This document shows positions 8,408 to 16,813 of a stretch of DNA of 32,000 nt, in pieces. The translations under genes and the position numbers were made by a program. The number at the start of each line of letters is the position of its first letter. Positions within the stretch are counted from its first letter, which is position 1. The notes under the pieces were generated by a model. It had not been told where the DNA came from and did no database searches. It worked only from the letters and a program-made list of their open reading frames with translations. The stretch covers positions 3,102 to 35,101 of the forward strand of contig JAKOTU010000006.1 in assembly GCA_029776155.1 (NCBI GenBank), written 5' to 3'. The DNA is from Bacillota bacterium. Lineage in GTDB: Bacteria > Bacillota > Limnochordia > Darwinibacteriales > Darwinibacteriaceae.

Positions 8408-9484
8408 CTAATACCAGCGGTCCGCGAGGACCAGCAACACAAACCCGCTTACGGCAAAGAGGCTGTTCACCAGCCAAGCTGCCACCAAGGGCGGCAGAAC
8501 TTCGTTGATCCCCAAGGAGCGGGACACCGAGACGGCCACATAGTACACGAGCAGGATGACCAGGCTCACAATAATCCCGTAGGCCCGCCCCCCCTTCCCC
8601 AGGAGGGCCAAGGGCGCGGCAAAGAGGGCAAAGACAAAGGAAGACATGGGTAGAGAAAGGCGCATGTGGTGCTCCACCACCCAAGAACGCACCTTCAGAC
8701 CGCCGCGCTGAAAACGCTCAATGTACTCGGCCAGCTCCCGCCGGCTCATCTCTTCCACAGAGCGCTGATTACCGAAGTAAACTTCCCCTTCCTGCTCTGT
8801 GACGATTTCCATACGCTCAAAGCGGCTTTCAAACTGCACAAAACCCTCTTCATCCAACTCCTGATACACTCCGTCAAAGAGCACCCACACATTGTCGTGG
8901 AAAACCCCCGTCTTGGCACTGGTGATGCTGGGAAAACCACTGGAAGACAGCTCGTAGACCAGGATCTTCTTCAGCTCGTGGGTCTTGGTGTCCACTTCCC
9001 CGATGTAGAAATAGCGGTCATCACCTCCGTGGAAGAACACGTTTTCCTCCACCAGGGGCACCCCGTCGGAGAAGATGATCCGCCTGAGAATGTTCTCAAA
9101 CTTGGTGTTGGCGGCGGGCACAATGTATTCCGACGCCAGGTACGTGCCGATGCTGATCAACAGGCCCAGCACTAAAAAGGGCACAATCAGCCGGGGGTAG
9201 GCAATGCCGCTGCCCCGCATCACCGTCATTTCATTGTCCTGCACCAAGCGGCCCACGGCCAGCAGGGTAGCGAACAAGGTGGCAATGGGTAGGGTCATTA
9301 CCACCGTGGCGGGAATGCGGTAGAGGAGCAGGCGAGCCACTGTGGGCACGTCCACATCGTGCACAAAAATCAAATCGGTAAGCTGGAACAAAAGCCCGCT
9401 GATGAGTACCACTGTGAACCCAAAGACACAGAAGAAAAAAGGTCCCAGAAGCTCACGGGTGAGATAGCGGTCAAAGATTCTCAT
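8408..9484 (-). CDS. LPS export ABC transporter permease, LptF/LptG (YjgP/YjgQ) family
   Basis: 358 aa. The N-terminus MRIFDRYLTRELLGPFFFCVFGFTVVL is characteristic of LptF/G. Three TM helices, a roughly 130-aa periplasmic beta domain and three more TM helices follow. The ATG lies 8 nt after GAGGTG. It is the only copy in this window. Confidence 0.85.
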   Translation of the reverse strand: MRIFDRYLTRELLGPFFFCVFGFTVVLISGLLFQLTDLIFVHDVDVPTVARLLLYRIPATVVMTLPIATLFATLLAVGRLVQDNEMTVMRGSGIAYPRLIVPFLVLGLLISIGTYLASEYIVPAANTKFENILRRIIFSDGVPLVEENVFFHGGDDRYFYIGEVDTKTHELKKILVYELSSSGFPSITSAKTGVFHDNVWVLFDGVYQELDEEGFVQFESRFERMEIVTEQEGEVYFGNQRSVEEMSRRELAEYIERFQRGGLKVRSWVVEHHMRLSLPMSSFVFALFAAPLALLGKGGRAYGIIVSLVILLVYYVAVSVSRSLGINEVLPPLVAAWLVNSLFAVSGFVLLVLADRWY

Positions 9485-9512
9485 CCCACTAGCACCTCAC
9501 GGCGAGGGTAAA

Positions 9513-10109
9513 CTAAAAGTCCAGGCGGTAATGGATCCCCGCGCTCAGCCCCCGGCCCAAGGCCACGCCCAGATCAACTCCCAGTTCGGGACTGAACTGG
9601 GCCTGCAGACCCCCGGAAAGGCCGATCCCATCGTACTCCAGGAACAGGGAAGTGGTGGGCACATCGCTCACCTTGACCGGGTTAAGCATCACGGTCACCC
9701 CAGCCATGCCCCGGGAGTATCGGCCCAACCCCCACGCCAGGTGCCCCCGCACGTGGGGTGCGCCCAGCTGTTTGGAAAGTACAGCGTAAAGATCCTGCCG
9801 GCCGGCGGAGAACTCGCCCCCCAAGGCCAGGGCAGGCCACTCTTCCGTTTCCTCGGCGAGCACGGCCTTCACCGCGGCAGAGAGCTTACCCCCAATCTCC
9901 TGCTGCACCGCGGCACTGAATTGGGGATGCAGCCCCAGTTCCAGACGGACAGTATGCCGGCCGCGGTGATAGGCATAATCCAGCTGCAAGCTCCCAGCCT
10001 GCACGGCATCGGCGGTGGGCATGGCCAGGATCTGTGCGGCCTGGCCTGAGCCTGTGGAGATCAGCAGAAGTACAATTATGCTCCAAATTGCGCTGCGAAT
10101 TTTCCTCAT
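9513..10109 (-). CDS. Small secreted protein, probable outer-membrane beta-barrel (unknown family)
   Basis: About 198 aa. It has a signal peptide (MRKIRSAIWSIIVLLLISTGSGQA). The rest shows alternating hydrophobic/polar strand patterns, is Gly-rich, and ends in a C-terminal aromatic beta-signal-like ...GIHYRLDF. It is the first gene of the lptFG-lptD-lptC-lptA run. Confidence 0.45.
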   Translation of the reverse strand: MRKIRSAIWSIIVLLLISTGSGQAAQILAMPTADAVQAGSLQLDYAYHRGRHTVRLELGLHPQFSAAVQQEIGGKLSAAVKAVLAEETEEWPALALGGEFSAGRQDLYAVLSKQLGAPHVRGHLAWGLGRYSRGMAGVTVMLNPVKVSDVPTTSLFLEYDGIGLSGGLQAQFSPELGVDLGVALGRGLSAGIHYRLDF

Positions 10110-10194
10110 CACTGCAACCTCATCTCCTTCGTTTACCTTGTAATTCTCCCCTAGCGGAATGATTACCTGCCAGAAGGGTCTTGGCAGTTGGTGG

Positions 10195-10219
10195 ATTTTA
10201 AAACCGCCTGGCGGCGGTT
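10195..10219 (-). terminator. Weak intrinsic terminator after skp
   Basis: The minus strand reads AACCGCC-GCCA-GGCGGTT followed by TTAAAAT. The stem is 7 bp and overlaps the TAA stop. The U-tract is short. Confidence 0.4.
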
Positions 10220-10691
10220 ACTTCAATTTGCTGATTACTTCATCGGTTAAGTCCGTTCCCCCGTAGCGGATCACATCGCTATCCAACACGACTGAAATGC
10301 CCTTTCTTTCTGCCACTTCCTTAACCGCAGCGTTCACTTCCCGCTCCAACTGCAGCTCCAACTCCTGCCGATAGGCTAGGTATTCGGCATAGGCCTGCCG
10401 CTCCCTGGCGGCCCGGTCCACATCCCCTTCCGTCGGCTCATCTTCCAGATCAAAGCGGGTTAAAAGTTCCTGGTAGCGCTGGGCCAGCAGTTCATTAAGC
10501 TCCTGGGCCCGTGGGCTTTCATCCACCACCCGCATCAGGTTCACAACTCCCACTGCCTGCCCGGTCGGCCCCGCGAGCAGGGCCCAAACCAAAGCCAGGG
10601 CCAGAAGGCCGGCCAGAGCCCAAGGCAGATACTTCAATCTCCTCACCACCTTACCTAAGGCTGAGCGTCGTTCCACCTTAGTATGACCCAT
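10218..10691 (-). CDS. skp: Periplasmic chaperone Skp/OmpH
   Basis: 157-aa ORF. It has an N-terminal hydrophobic segment (LPWALAGLLALALVWALLAG) and then a charged helical region. The pattern VGVVNLMRVVDESPRAQE...LQLEREVNAAVKEVAERKGISVVLDSDVIRYGGTDLTDEVISKL is typical of OmpH. The gene is next to bamA. The start is uncertain; an internal TTG after GGTGAGGAGA is possible. Confidence 0.7.
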   Translation of the reverse strand: MGHTKVERRSALGKVVRRLKYLPWALAGLLALALVWALLAGPTGQAVGVVNLMRVVDESPRAQELNELLAQRYQELLTRFDLEDEPTEGDVDRAARERQAYAEYLAYRQELELQLEREVNAAVKEVAERKGISVVLDSDVIRYGGTDLTDEVISKLK

Positions 10692-11271
10692 TTGCCTGGG
10701 CCCTAGACAAAGCGAGGCGGTAGAGGGCGAGCTCCTCCTGGACGGCCTGGAAAAGTTCTACTTCCAAGGCAGCGAGGCGTCTTCCGAGCTCTGCTTCGTG
10801 GATAGTTTGGAGCTCTTCCATTCGTTCCTTATACTCCGCCTCCAGCTGGTCTTGGAGGTCCCGCAGCTCCTCCTGGACAGCGGCCAGCTCTAAGAGCTTC
10901 TCCTCCTCTTCCTGGGGAGCAAGGGAGACAAAAAGGAGTTCTAGCTGCAGTCCTAAAAGCTCTTTGTTCAAATCCTGCTGCTCAGCCGCGGCCCGGGCCT
11001 GCAGCTCTTCTCTGAGGGCAGCAGCGGCATCATGGAGCTTTTGGGCCTGTTCCCGCCTGAGCTCTCCCCCTTTTTCAGCAAACAGCTCCTCCGCCGCCTG
11101 CAGCAGTTCCTGCTCATAGTTGGCCCCCTCAGCCTGCTGGGCATAGAGCTGCACCGCGCTCCAGCCCAATCCGCCAGGAGCCCCTTGGCGCCCTGCACCC
11201 AAAGACAGTGCGGAGCCCGAGAGCAGAGCCGCAAGCAAAGCCAGGCCGATCAGCCCTGTTAGCTGCCGCAT
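10678..11271 (-). CDS. Periplasmic coiled-coil protein, possible second Skp/OmpH-like chaperone
   Basis: ORF 10678..11448. I prefer the ATG at 11271, which lies 7 nt after AGAGGGGA and gives the signal peptide MRQLTGLIGLALLAALLSGSALSLGA. The remainder is a Glu/Leu/Gln-rich helical region. It overlaps the skp start by 14 bp. Confidence 0.4.
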   Translation of the reverse strand: MRQLTGLIGLALLAALLSGSALSLGAGRQGAPGGLGWSAVQLYAQQAEGANYEQELLQAAEELFAEKGGELRREQAQKLHDAAAALREELQARAAAEQQDLNKELLGLQLELLFVSLAPQEEEEKLLELAAVQEELRDLQDQLEAEYKERMEELQTIHEAELGRRLAALEVELFQAVQEELALYRLALSRAQANGSY

Positions 11272-11328
11272 CAGTTCATCCCCTCTTTCTGGTGTCATTA
11301 TAACAACACCCGGGCAGGGGAACAAATG

Positions 11329-11370
11329 CAAAAAAAGCCAGTGAGCTGGCCAAAAGCCTGCCCACTGGCT
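11329..11370 (-). terminator. Intrinsic terminator after bamA
   Basis: The minus strand reads AGCCAGTG GGCAGGCTTTTGGCCAGCT CACTGGCT followed by TTTTTT. The outer stem is 8 bp and there is further pairing inside the loop. It starts 12 nt after the bamA TAA. Confidence 0.75.
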
Positions 11371-11381
11371 GATTTGTGATC

Positions 11382-13115
11382 TTAGAAAGTCTGGCCGATG
11401 CCGAAGTAGAACTGCCCCTTGCGGGTCTGGTCGGCAGTTTTGCCCCAACCGTAGTCCAGGCGCAGGAGTCCCAGGGGCGTATCCAGGCGCACGCCAAGTC
11501 CGAAGGAGTTCTTCAGATCCTGCAGCGACAGCGTCTCACCCCGGTCCCAGGCGGTGCCCCAGTCGGTAAAGACTACGCCCTGGATCTTCTCCACGATGGG
11601 GAAGCGGAATTCCGCGTTCATGACCAGCATATTGTCCCCCACCAGGTCCTGCGACGGGTCGCCGTAGCTGTAACCCCTCAGGGTATCTGCTCCGCCGATG
11701 CGGAACTTGTCGCTTCCGGGCAGCTCGCCGCCTAAGAGCCGGCCGCCAATGCCCCGCACGGCCAGCACATAGCCGCCGTCGCGCACTTCAAAGTAGCGGC
11801 TGTGCTCCAGGCGCAGCTTGGCATAGTTGCTGCTGCCGCCGAACAGGGTGGTACCCAGCTCCAGGTAGATATCGTTCTTGTAACCTTCCGTGGGGAAGAA
11901 GGGATGATCCACCGTGTTGGTGTTCAGACCGATCCCGATGTTGCGCGTCTTAGAATCATCCGGCTTCCAGGCCTGGCCTTCTTCCAGGTAATCATAGGCG
12001 TTGTTCTCCAGCTTAAAGGTGAGGCGGCCGCGGGTAAACTCGGACAAGGGCTTGCCTAAAGTCAGGCTGCCACCGAGGCTGGTACGCTTGCTTTCATACT
12101 CCACGCCGGTCTCGGGATGTTTGGCCTTCTCATTGCCAGTCTGGCGGTACAGGCTGGTGCCCAGGGAAATTCCGGACTTGGTGATATAGGGCTCATAGAA
12201 CTCAAACTCGTAAGAGGTGGTCTTTTTGCCTAGGCTCACGTTGGCCTTGATTCTCTGGCCCCGGCCAAAGAAGTTGTCATCGGACACCTGGATGAAGCCC
12301 ACTAGACCTTCTGCGGTGCTGTAGCCTACACCGAAGGTGGCTGCGCCGGTTTTGCGCTCGGTGAGGTTGATGGTGAGCACAGTCTGGTCCGTGCCTTCTT
12401 CTTCCGCAAGTTCTCTGCTGATCTCGTCAAAAAAGCCCAGCATGAGCAGCCTGCGCAGGCTCTGATCGATCTCCTGAATGTTCACCGGTTCGCCCACTTT
12501 AAAGCTGAGCTCCCGCTCGATCACGAAGTCTTTGGTCTTTTCATTGCCCGTGATCACAATCTCCTTCAGGATGCTTTGGGCCAGCTCGATGGTGATGTAT
12601 CCATCGGTGTCAGCGCTCAGGGAGGTTATGCGGGTCAGGTACCCGTATTCTTCCAGAATCCATTTCCAGAGGCCATCCAGATCCTCCCACAGATCGTGGG
12701 CATTGAGGATATACCCAGGCTGGGTTTTCATCTTTTTGGCATAGTCTTTAAAGGCCACACCCGGCACTCCAGAGAAGGTTACTTCCCGCACAATGGGGTT
12801 TTCCACGACGTGGAACACTACCTCTACTCCACCCAAAGCAGGGTCAATTGTGGCCTGCACATCTTCGAAGAAGCCCAGATCGTAAATGGCCCGAATGTCG
12901 TCGATGATCTTCTGCTCTTCCGCCGGCTCACCCAGCCGCGTCTTTAAGATGGCGGCTTTAATGGTCTCGGTGTCGATAATACTGTTGCCTTTGATGGTAA
13001 TCAGCCTCACGGTGCCGAGTTCCTGGGCCCGGGCCGGCACTGCTCCCCCGTGCGCCGCCAGGAGCACGCCCACTAGGATCAGCGCCATAACCACCCTGGC
13101 TGAAGGTTGCCTCAT
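11382..13115 (-). CDS. bamA: Outer membrane protein assembly factor BamA (Omp85, POTRA + beta-barrel)
   Basis: ORF 11382..13130. I prefer the ATG at 13115, 7 nt after GGGAGG. It has a signal peptide, POTRA-like repeats (IKGNSIIDTETIKAAILKTRLGEPAEEQKIIDDIRAIYDLGFFEDVQATIDP) and a C-terminal Omp85 barrel (RIGGADTLRGY, GVVFTDWG). It ends in the beta-signal FYFGIGQTF. Confidence 0.9.
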   Translation of the reverse strand: MRQPSARVVMALILVGVLLAAHGGAVPARAQELGTVRLITIKGNSIIDTETIKAAILKTRLGEPAEEQKIIDDIRAIYDLGFFEDVQATIDPALGGVEVVFHVVENPIVREVTFSGVPGVAFKDYAKKMKTQPGYILNAHDLWEDLDGLWKWILEEYGYLTRITSLSADTDGYITIELAQSILKEIVITGNEKTKDFVIERELSFKVGEPVNIQEIDQSLRRLLMLGFFDEISRELAEEEGTDQTVLTINLTERKTGAATFGVGYSTAEGLVGFIQVSDDNFFGRGQRIKANVSLGKKTTSYEFEFYEPYITKSGISLGTSLYRQTGNEKAKHPETGVEYESKRTSLGGSLTLGKPLSEFTRGRLTFKLENNAYDYLEEGQAWKPDDSKTRNIGIGLNTNTVDHPFFPTEGYKNDIYLELGTTLFGGSSNYAKLRLEHSRYFEVRDGGYVLAVRGIGGRLLGGELPGSDKFRIGGADTLRGYSYGDPSQDLVGDNMLVMNAEFRFPIVEKIQGVVFTDWGTAWDRGETLSLQDLKNSFGLGVRLDTPLGLLRLDYGWGKTADQTRKGQFYFGIGQTF

Positions 13116-13220
13116 TGTCCTGCCTCCCACATAGTAGTATTCAATCTTCTTCCTTTATTTCGCCCACCCTGGACAGATTCCTCTTGCCAAGTCCGGGGAC
13201 GAATGACAGAAAAAACCAGC

Positions 13221-14954
13221 CTAACGGTAAATGTTGAGGTCGAAGGTGGCCATGCCGTCCAAAACAAACTGCGTGGAAAGCCTCACCAGCACAGGCTCCA
13301 CCGGCTCGGCCCAGGCGTAGTAACCGAGGGCATCGAGCTCGGAGAATTCATCCTCTACGGATTCATCCCCCTGCTCCACGTTTTGCTCCAGGAAAGGGTA
13401 GAACTCGGCCACTAACTCGTTACTCCTCTCCCCATCCATATATTCCTCAATCAGGTCGTCCAAAGTGTCCGCATCAGCAATAAAAGCTTTCATAGGTTCT
13501 TCTTCTTCGTCGGAACTGGGCTCCAGGATGCTGGTATGTACTGGTGGTTTGGCGTTGTAGTAGCTCGCCGCCCCACTGCGCACCGTTACCGTGAGCAGTC
13601 CCTCCGCGGTATCCGGGGGGATCTGCAGGCGCAGGGTCCTGGTTTCCAGCTGACCCCGGAAGGGACGGATCAAAACCTCCACATCCACGCTGTCCCCTGC
13701 TTTGACATGGGAAGTGCTGGGTGTGGCCTTTTCAATAGTGGCCGTCTTGCGCTCCCGGGATACCTCCACCTCGATCTTAATCTGCTGCAGATCCACCGCC
13801 TGCAGGTTGTTGGTGAGCAGCAGCTCTAAGCCGGACACCAGATCCACCAGGCTCCAGACAGCGATGTCCGAGTCGCTGTAGAACAGGTTTTCCCTGATCA
13901 TGCGCTGGCCAAAGTCCTTGGATACAAACTCCAACCGCACATAGGCCGTACCATCGCCGATGCGGTCCAAGGCCGCATCAATACTCTGGTAGGCACTGGA
14001 GAGCACCAGGGGCAAAAGGACCTGCTCGTCCTTAACCGCCTCCACGTAGTAGCTCTTGCGCACGCCCCGCTCCGTATCGGTAATGGTAATGCTGATGGGC
14101 ACATAACCCACAGGCGTCCCCAAAACTCCGCCTACGCCGGCCATGCGGTCCTGGGAGACTTTGCCCACCGTCGCCCCCAAGGAAACCACCTTCATGGGTG
14201 CTTCAATATTGGGGATGGTGTAGTGCACGTAAGCCGCGGAGGCGAAGAAGTCCACTGTCCCCCGGTGGAACACGGGATGCCCCATGCCCACAAAACGGCC
14301 GTCGTCCTTTACATGGGTGACGGTTCCGTAAGTAGCTACCACAAAATCACCCCGGAGCAGCTGGACCCCAAACATGCTGCCCGGCTCAAAGGCCGCGGGG
14401 CCAGCGGAGGACGCAGCCGCGAAAGACGGCATGAGCTGCACCCGCTCTGCCCCCAGCGCCCGGAGGAGGTAATTGACATTGCGCTCGTTCATACCCTGCA
14501 CCACCAGGGGAGAGGCCACCGCGACCACATCCTCCGGCAGGGCAGGCTCGGGCAAGGCAATCTGATCATAAATCTTGAACATGTCCACCGCGGGCGTAAC
14601 TAAGCCGATACGGTGGTCTGAATAGGGGTAGGTATAGGCCAGAGCTCCGAGGAGGCGATCCTGGATGTAGACAGGGGACCCACTCATACCCCTGGCAATG
14701 CCTCCAGCCCGGTCGATGGCCTCGCCGCTCACTCTGACCATAATCAGGTTGCTCAAGGGTGGGCTTTGGGGCACCAGCCCCAGTACTTCCACATCAAAAG
14801 TCTCGATGGTATTGCCAGAGATCACCGTTTTGCCGATGCCGCGCAGACCCGGCCTCACTTCTTCAGGGAGGAACAATTCCACCGCTAGAACCGGACAGGA
14901 AACGATACTCGTCACGAGAAGGGCAATTCCAACCCACAACGGCAGTTTTCGCAT
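13221..14954 (-). CDS. Secreted peptidase S55 (SpoIVB-type) domain protein, possible lipoprotein
   Basis: 577 aa. The signal peptide ends in a lipobox-like IVSC. GGIARGMSGSPVYIQDRLLGALAY matches the SpoIVB Ser-motif GMSGSP. YGTVTHVKDDGRFVGMGHPV resembles the SpoIVB His-bearing segment. The ATG lies 5 nt after AGGGGTG. Confidence 0.6.
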   Translation of the reverse strand: MRKLPLWVGIALLVTSIVSCPVLAVELFLPEEVRPGLRGIGKTVISGNTIETFDVEVLGLVPQSPPLSNLIMVRVSGEAIDRAGGIARGMSGSPVYIQDRLLGALAYTYPYSDHRIGLVTPAVDMFKIYDQIALPEPALPEDVVAVASPLVVQGMNERNVNYLLRALGAERVQLMPSFAAASSAGPAAFEPGSMFGVQLLRGDFVVATYGTVTHVKDDGRFVGMGHPVFHRGTVDFFASAAYVHYTIPNIEAPMKVVSLGATVGKVSQDRMAGVGGVLGTPVGYVPISITITDTERGVRKSYYVEAVKDEQVLLPLVLSSAYQSIDAALDRIGDGTAYVRLEFVSKDFGQRMIRENLFYSDSDIAVWSLVDLVSGLELLLTNNLQAVDLQQIKIEVEVSRERKTATIEKATPSTSHVKAGDSVDVEVLIRPFRGQLETRTLRLQIPPDTAEGLLTVTVRSGAASYYNAKPPVHTSILEPSSDEEEEPMKAFIADADTLDDLIEEYMDGERSNELVAEFYPFLEQNVEQGDESVEDEFSELDALGYYAWAEPVEPVLVRLSTQFVLDGMATFDLNIYR

Positions 14955-14976
14955 GAAGCCACCCCTTCACTACCCT

Positions 14977-16383
14977 CTACTTAGAACCTGGAACAACCAC
15001 TATCGCATTTGCTACTGCTCTCTCTTTTCCATCTGAGGGCAGGTTCAAAACCAGGTTGCGGACAACCATGGTTGTGGAACCGCCACCATCTAGATTCATG
15101 GCCTCAAGCGCTCCCAGCTCAATTAGGAGGTTCCCCAGTTCTTCTAAAGTCATGCCTACGCTCACATTGGGCTGCCGACCGTTCACGGTAACCAGCAACA
15201 GTCTGTGATCCGCTGTAATCCCAATAGCGGTGCGGGGAGCCCGCCCCTTGAGAATATCATCTTTGAACTGCTCAGCTTCACCGGTAATCTCCAGCACGCC
15301 GCTGCGCACCAGCCGCGGGCCGCCGCCGATAATCTGCCTGACCCCCAGCTCGCTCCAGTCTGGCATCAAGCTGATCTTCAGCTCCACCCTGTCGCCGGGC
15401 TCCAGCTCGGCCAAGTGCTGGCGCATCACCCCGTGGGCGGAAAGCACAAAACCACCGGGCGGGATGGTGCTGTTCCCTTCCGGCTGCACCGCTACCACCA
15501 CCCCATCCACGACCACCACTTCATGGCCCCAGCGGTTGGTGTTGGTCTTGGTGCCGTAGGCTTCTGTGTACACAATGAGCTCATCCTGCAGCCTGGGGCG
15601 GTTCAGCCCCGAAACTGGGGCGAGCAGCCTGCCTTCGTGGCGCACTTCCCCGGCGAAGCTCACATTGTCCATTACCGCGCCCTGGGGCGTTAAACCCACT
15701 GCGGTGCGGTTGGCGTAGGGTTCGGTTATGAGCTCGCCGTCGATCATGAAAACGCCCAGAGGCCGCCCGTTGGAGGCGAAATAGGCGCCGTTGACCGCGG
15801 CGATGGCCCCGGTGCGCTTGGCCATATCACTGACCCGCTCCGCTCCATAGATGCGGTCCTGGGCCAAAACGAGCTTTACTTCCCAGTTGAGCTGCAGATC
15901 TATCTCCAAATAGTTTACCACATTGGGACCGAAACTGTCAGCCCTGCGCTGGTGCCCGTACACCACCCCGGGCTCCACAATCCGGGTTGTGGTGTCTACG
16001 AAGGTCTTGGGCACCACCAGGCGGAAATAGTCCCCATCTTCCTGCACGCTCCCTGGGGGAAGCTGGTAGTTAAACTCTAAAACCAGGCGCGAGGGGCCCG
16101 ACGCATCCTCGCTGTAGCGCAGCTCCCGCAGGGCAACATCCCCCACCAGCGCACTTGCGGGGAAGCCCGAAAGGGGCTGGTTGGAGTCCACAATCACTTT
16201 CATGGGATGGGAGGTATAACTTACGGCAAACTCCTGTCCCCCCGCTTTGGGCAGGGTGAGCACAACCTCTTGAGGCCAAACCTCCAGCGCCTCAGGCAGG
16301 GCAGCCGCGGCCAGTACCGAAGAGAAGGCAGTGAAAAGTGTTAATAATAAGAAAACAGCCGGCGGAGTCGCTCTCCACTGCAC
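14977..16383 (-). CDS. Secreted phosphodiester glycosidase family protein (NAGPA/DUF2233-like domain)
   Basis: ORF 14977..16389. I prefer the GTG at 16383, 7 nt after GGAGG. It has a signal peptide. The C-terminal half contains AAVNGAYFASNGRPLGVFMIDGELI, PRTAIGITADHRLLLVTVNGRQ and ALEAMNLDGGGSTTMVV, which are characteristic of the phosphodiester glycosidase fold. Confidence 0.7.
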   Translation of the reverse strand: MQWRATPPAVFLLLTLFTAFSSVLAAAALPEALEVWPQEVVLTLPKAGGQEFAVSYTSHPMKVIVDSNQPLSGFPASALVGDVALRELRYSEDASGPSRLVLEFNYQLPPGSVQEDGDYFRLVVPKTFVDTTTRIVEPGVVYGHQRRADSFGPNVVNYLEIDLQLNWEVKLVLAQDRIYGAERVSDMAKRTGAIAAVNGAYFASNGRPLGVFMIDGELITEPYANRTAVGLTPQGAVMDNVSFAGEVRHEGRLLAPVSGLNRPRLQDELIVYTEAYGTKTNTNRWGHEVVVVDGVVVAVQPEGNSTIPPGGFVLSAHGVMRQHLAELEPGDRVELKISLMPDWSELGVRQIIGGGPRLVRSGVLEITGEAEQFKDDILKGRAPRTAIGITADHRLLLVTVNGRQPNVSVGMTLEELGNLLIELGALEAMNLDGGGSTTMVVRNLVLNLPSDGKERAVANAIVVVPGSK

Positions 16384-16440
16384 AGCCAATCCTCCCTTGC
16401 TTTACCCATTACAATTCTTGACAGCAGGGTGTTTTCCTGC

Positions 16441-16478
16441 CACAAAATAAACTCCACAACGCCGGGTTTGTGGAGTTT
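16441..16478 (-). terminator. Strong intrinsic terminator after flgJ
   Basis: The minus strand reads AAACTCCACAA-ACCCGGCG-TTGTGGAGTTT followed by ATTTTGT. The stem is a perfect 11 bp. It starts 7 nt after the flgJ TAG. Confidence 0.8.
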
Positions 16479-16485
16479 AGAGGCT

Positions 16486-16803
16486 CTAGTCCTTATCCCC
16501 AGGAAGGTAGCGGGACATCTGCTCGTAGATAAGCTTAGCCAGGCCAATGCTTTGGGCTTGGGAGCTGTTTTGGGCCAATTCCTGATCCAAGAGGGACTGG
16601 AACAGCTTCTCCGCCCGCCGGTCCCCCAACAGATCGGTGTCAGGAACGGTGCGCCGCATCTCGGTAAGCAGCATCTGCACAAACAGGGCTTCAAACTGCT
16701 CCGCGGCCTCCCGCAGCGCCTTCTGGGAGGCGGTTTCTTGGCGTCTGCCCAGCTCTTCGGCCTTACTGGCCACAAGATCTCCAGGGCTCCAGTTTACCCG
16801 CAT
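16486..16803 (-). CDS. flgJ: Flagellar rod-binding protein (FlgJ N-terminal domain only, no muramidase domain)
   Basis: 105 aa. It carries the signature AAEQFEALFVQMLLTEMRRT of the Rod_binding domain. It lies directly downstream of flgI. Confidence 0.7.
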   Translation of the reverse strand: MRVNWSPGDLVASKAEELGRRQETASQKALREAAEQFEALFVQMLLTEMRRTVPDTDLLGDRRAEKLFQSLLDQELAQNSSQAQSIGLAKLIYEQMSRYLPGDKD

Positions 16804-16813
16804 AGGGACCCTC

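Noticed and set aside
10167-10187. Imperfect hairpin CTGCCA-N9-TGGCAG in the leader of the small OMP gene.
   Set aside because: The stem is short, no U-tract follows and I recognise no motif. I cannot distinguish it from chance in GC-rich DNA.
11272-11448. N-terminal extension of the coiled-coil protein ORF back to 11448.
   Set aside because: It runs through the bamA terminator hairpin and overlaps the bamA 3' end. The internal ATG at 11271 has a good SD and gives a proper signal peptide.
13116-13130. The GTG at 13130 as the bamA start; the same question arises for the TTG or GTG first codons of several track ORFs (753, 5649, 8442, 16389, 20162, 22157, 26037).
   Set aside because: In each case a downstream ATG or GTG has a properly spaced SD and gives the family-typical N-terminus or signal peptide. 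The longest-ORF starts sit on or inside the SD, or overlap upstream genes.
13205-13223. A T6 run (minus strand GGTTTTTTC) right after the S55 peptidase stop, considered as a possible terminator.
   Set aside because: Only a 3-bp stem can be drawn upstream of the T-run, which is not convincing.
16418-16453. Plus-strand TTGACA (16418..16423) that could be a divergent promoter.
   Set aside because: There is no acceptable -10 at 16-18 bp and no credible plus-strand gene downstream.
16341-16775. A 144-aa minus-strand ORF overlapping flgJ in another frame.
   Set aside because: It is Arg/Pro/Cys-rich with no motifs, and it spans the flgJ terminator. The flgJ frame carries the Rod_binding signature.
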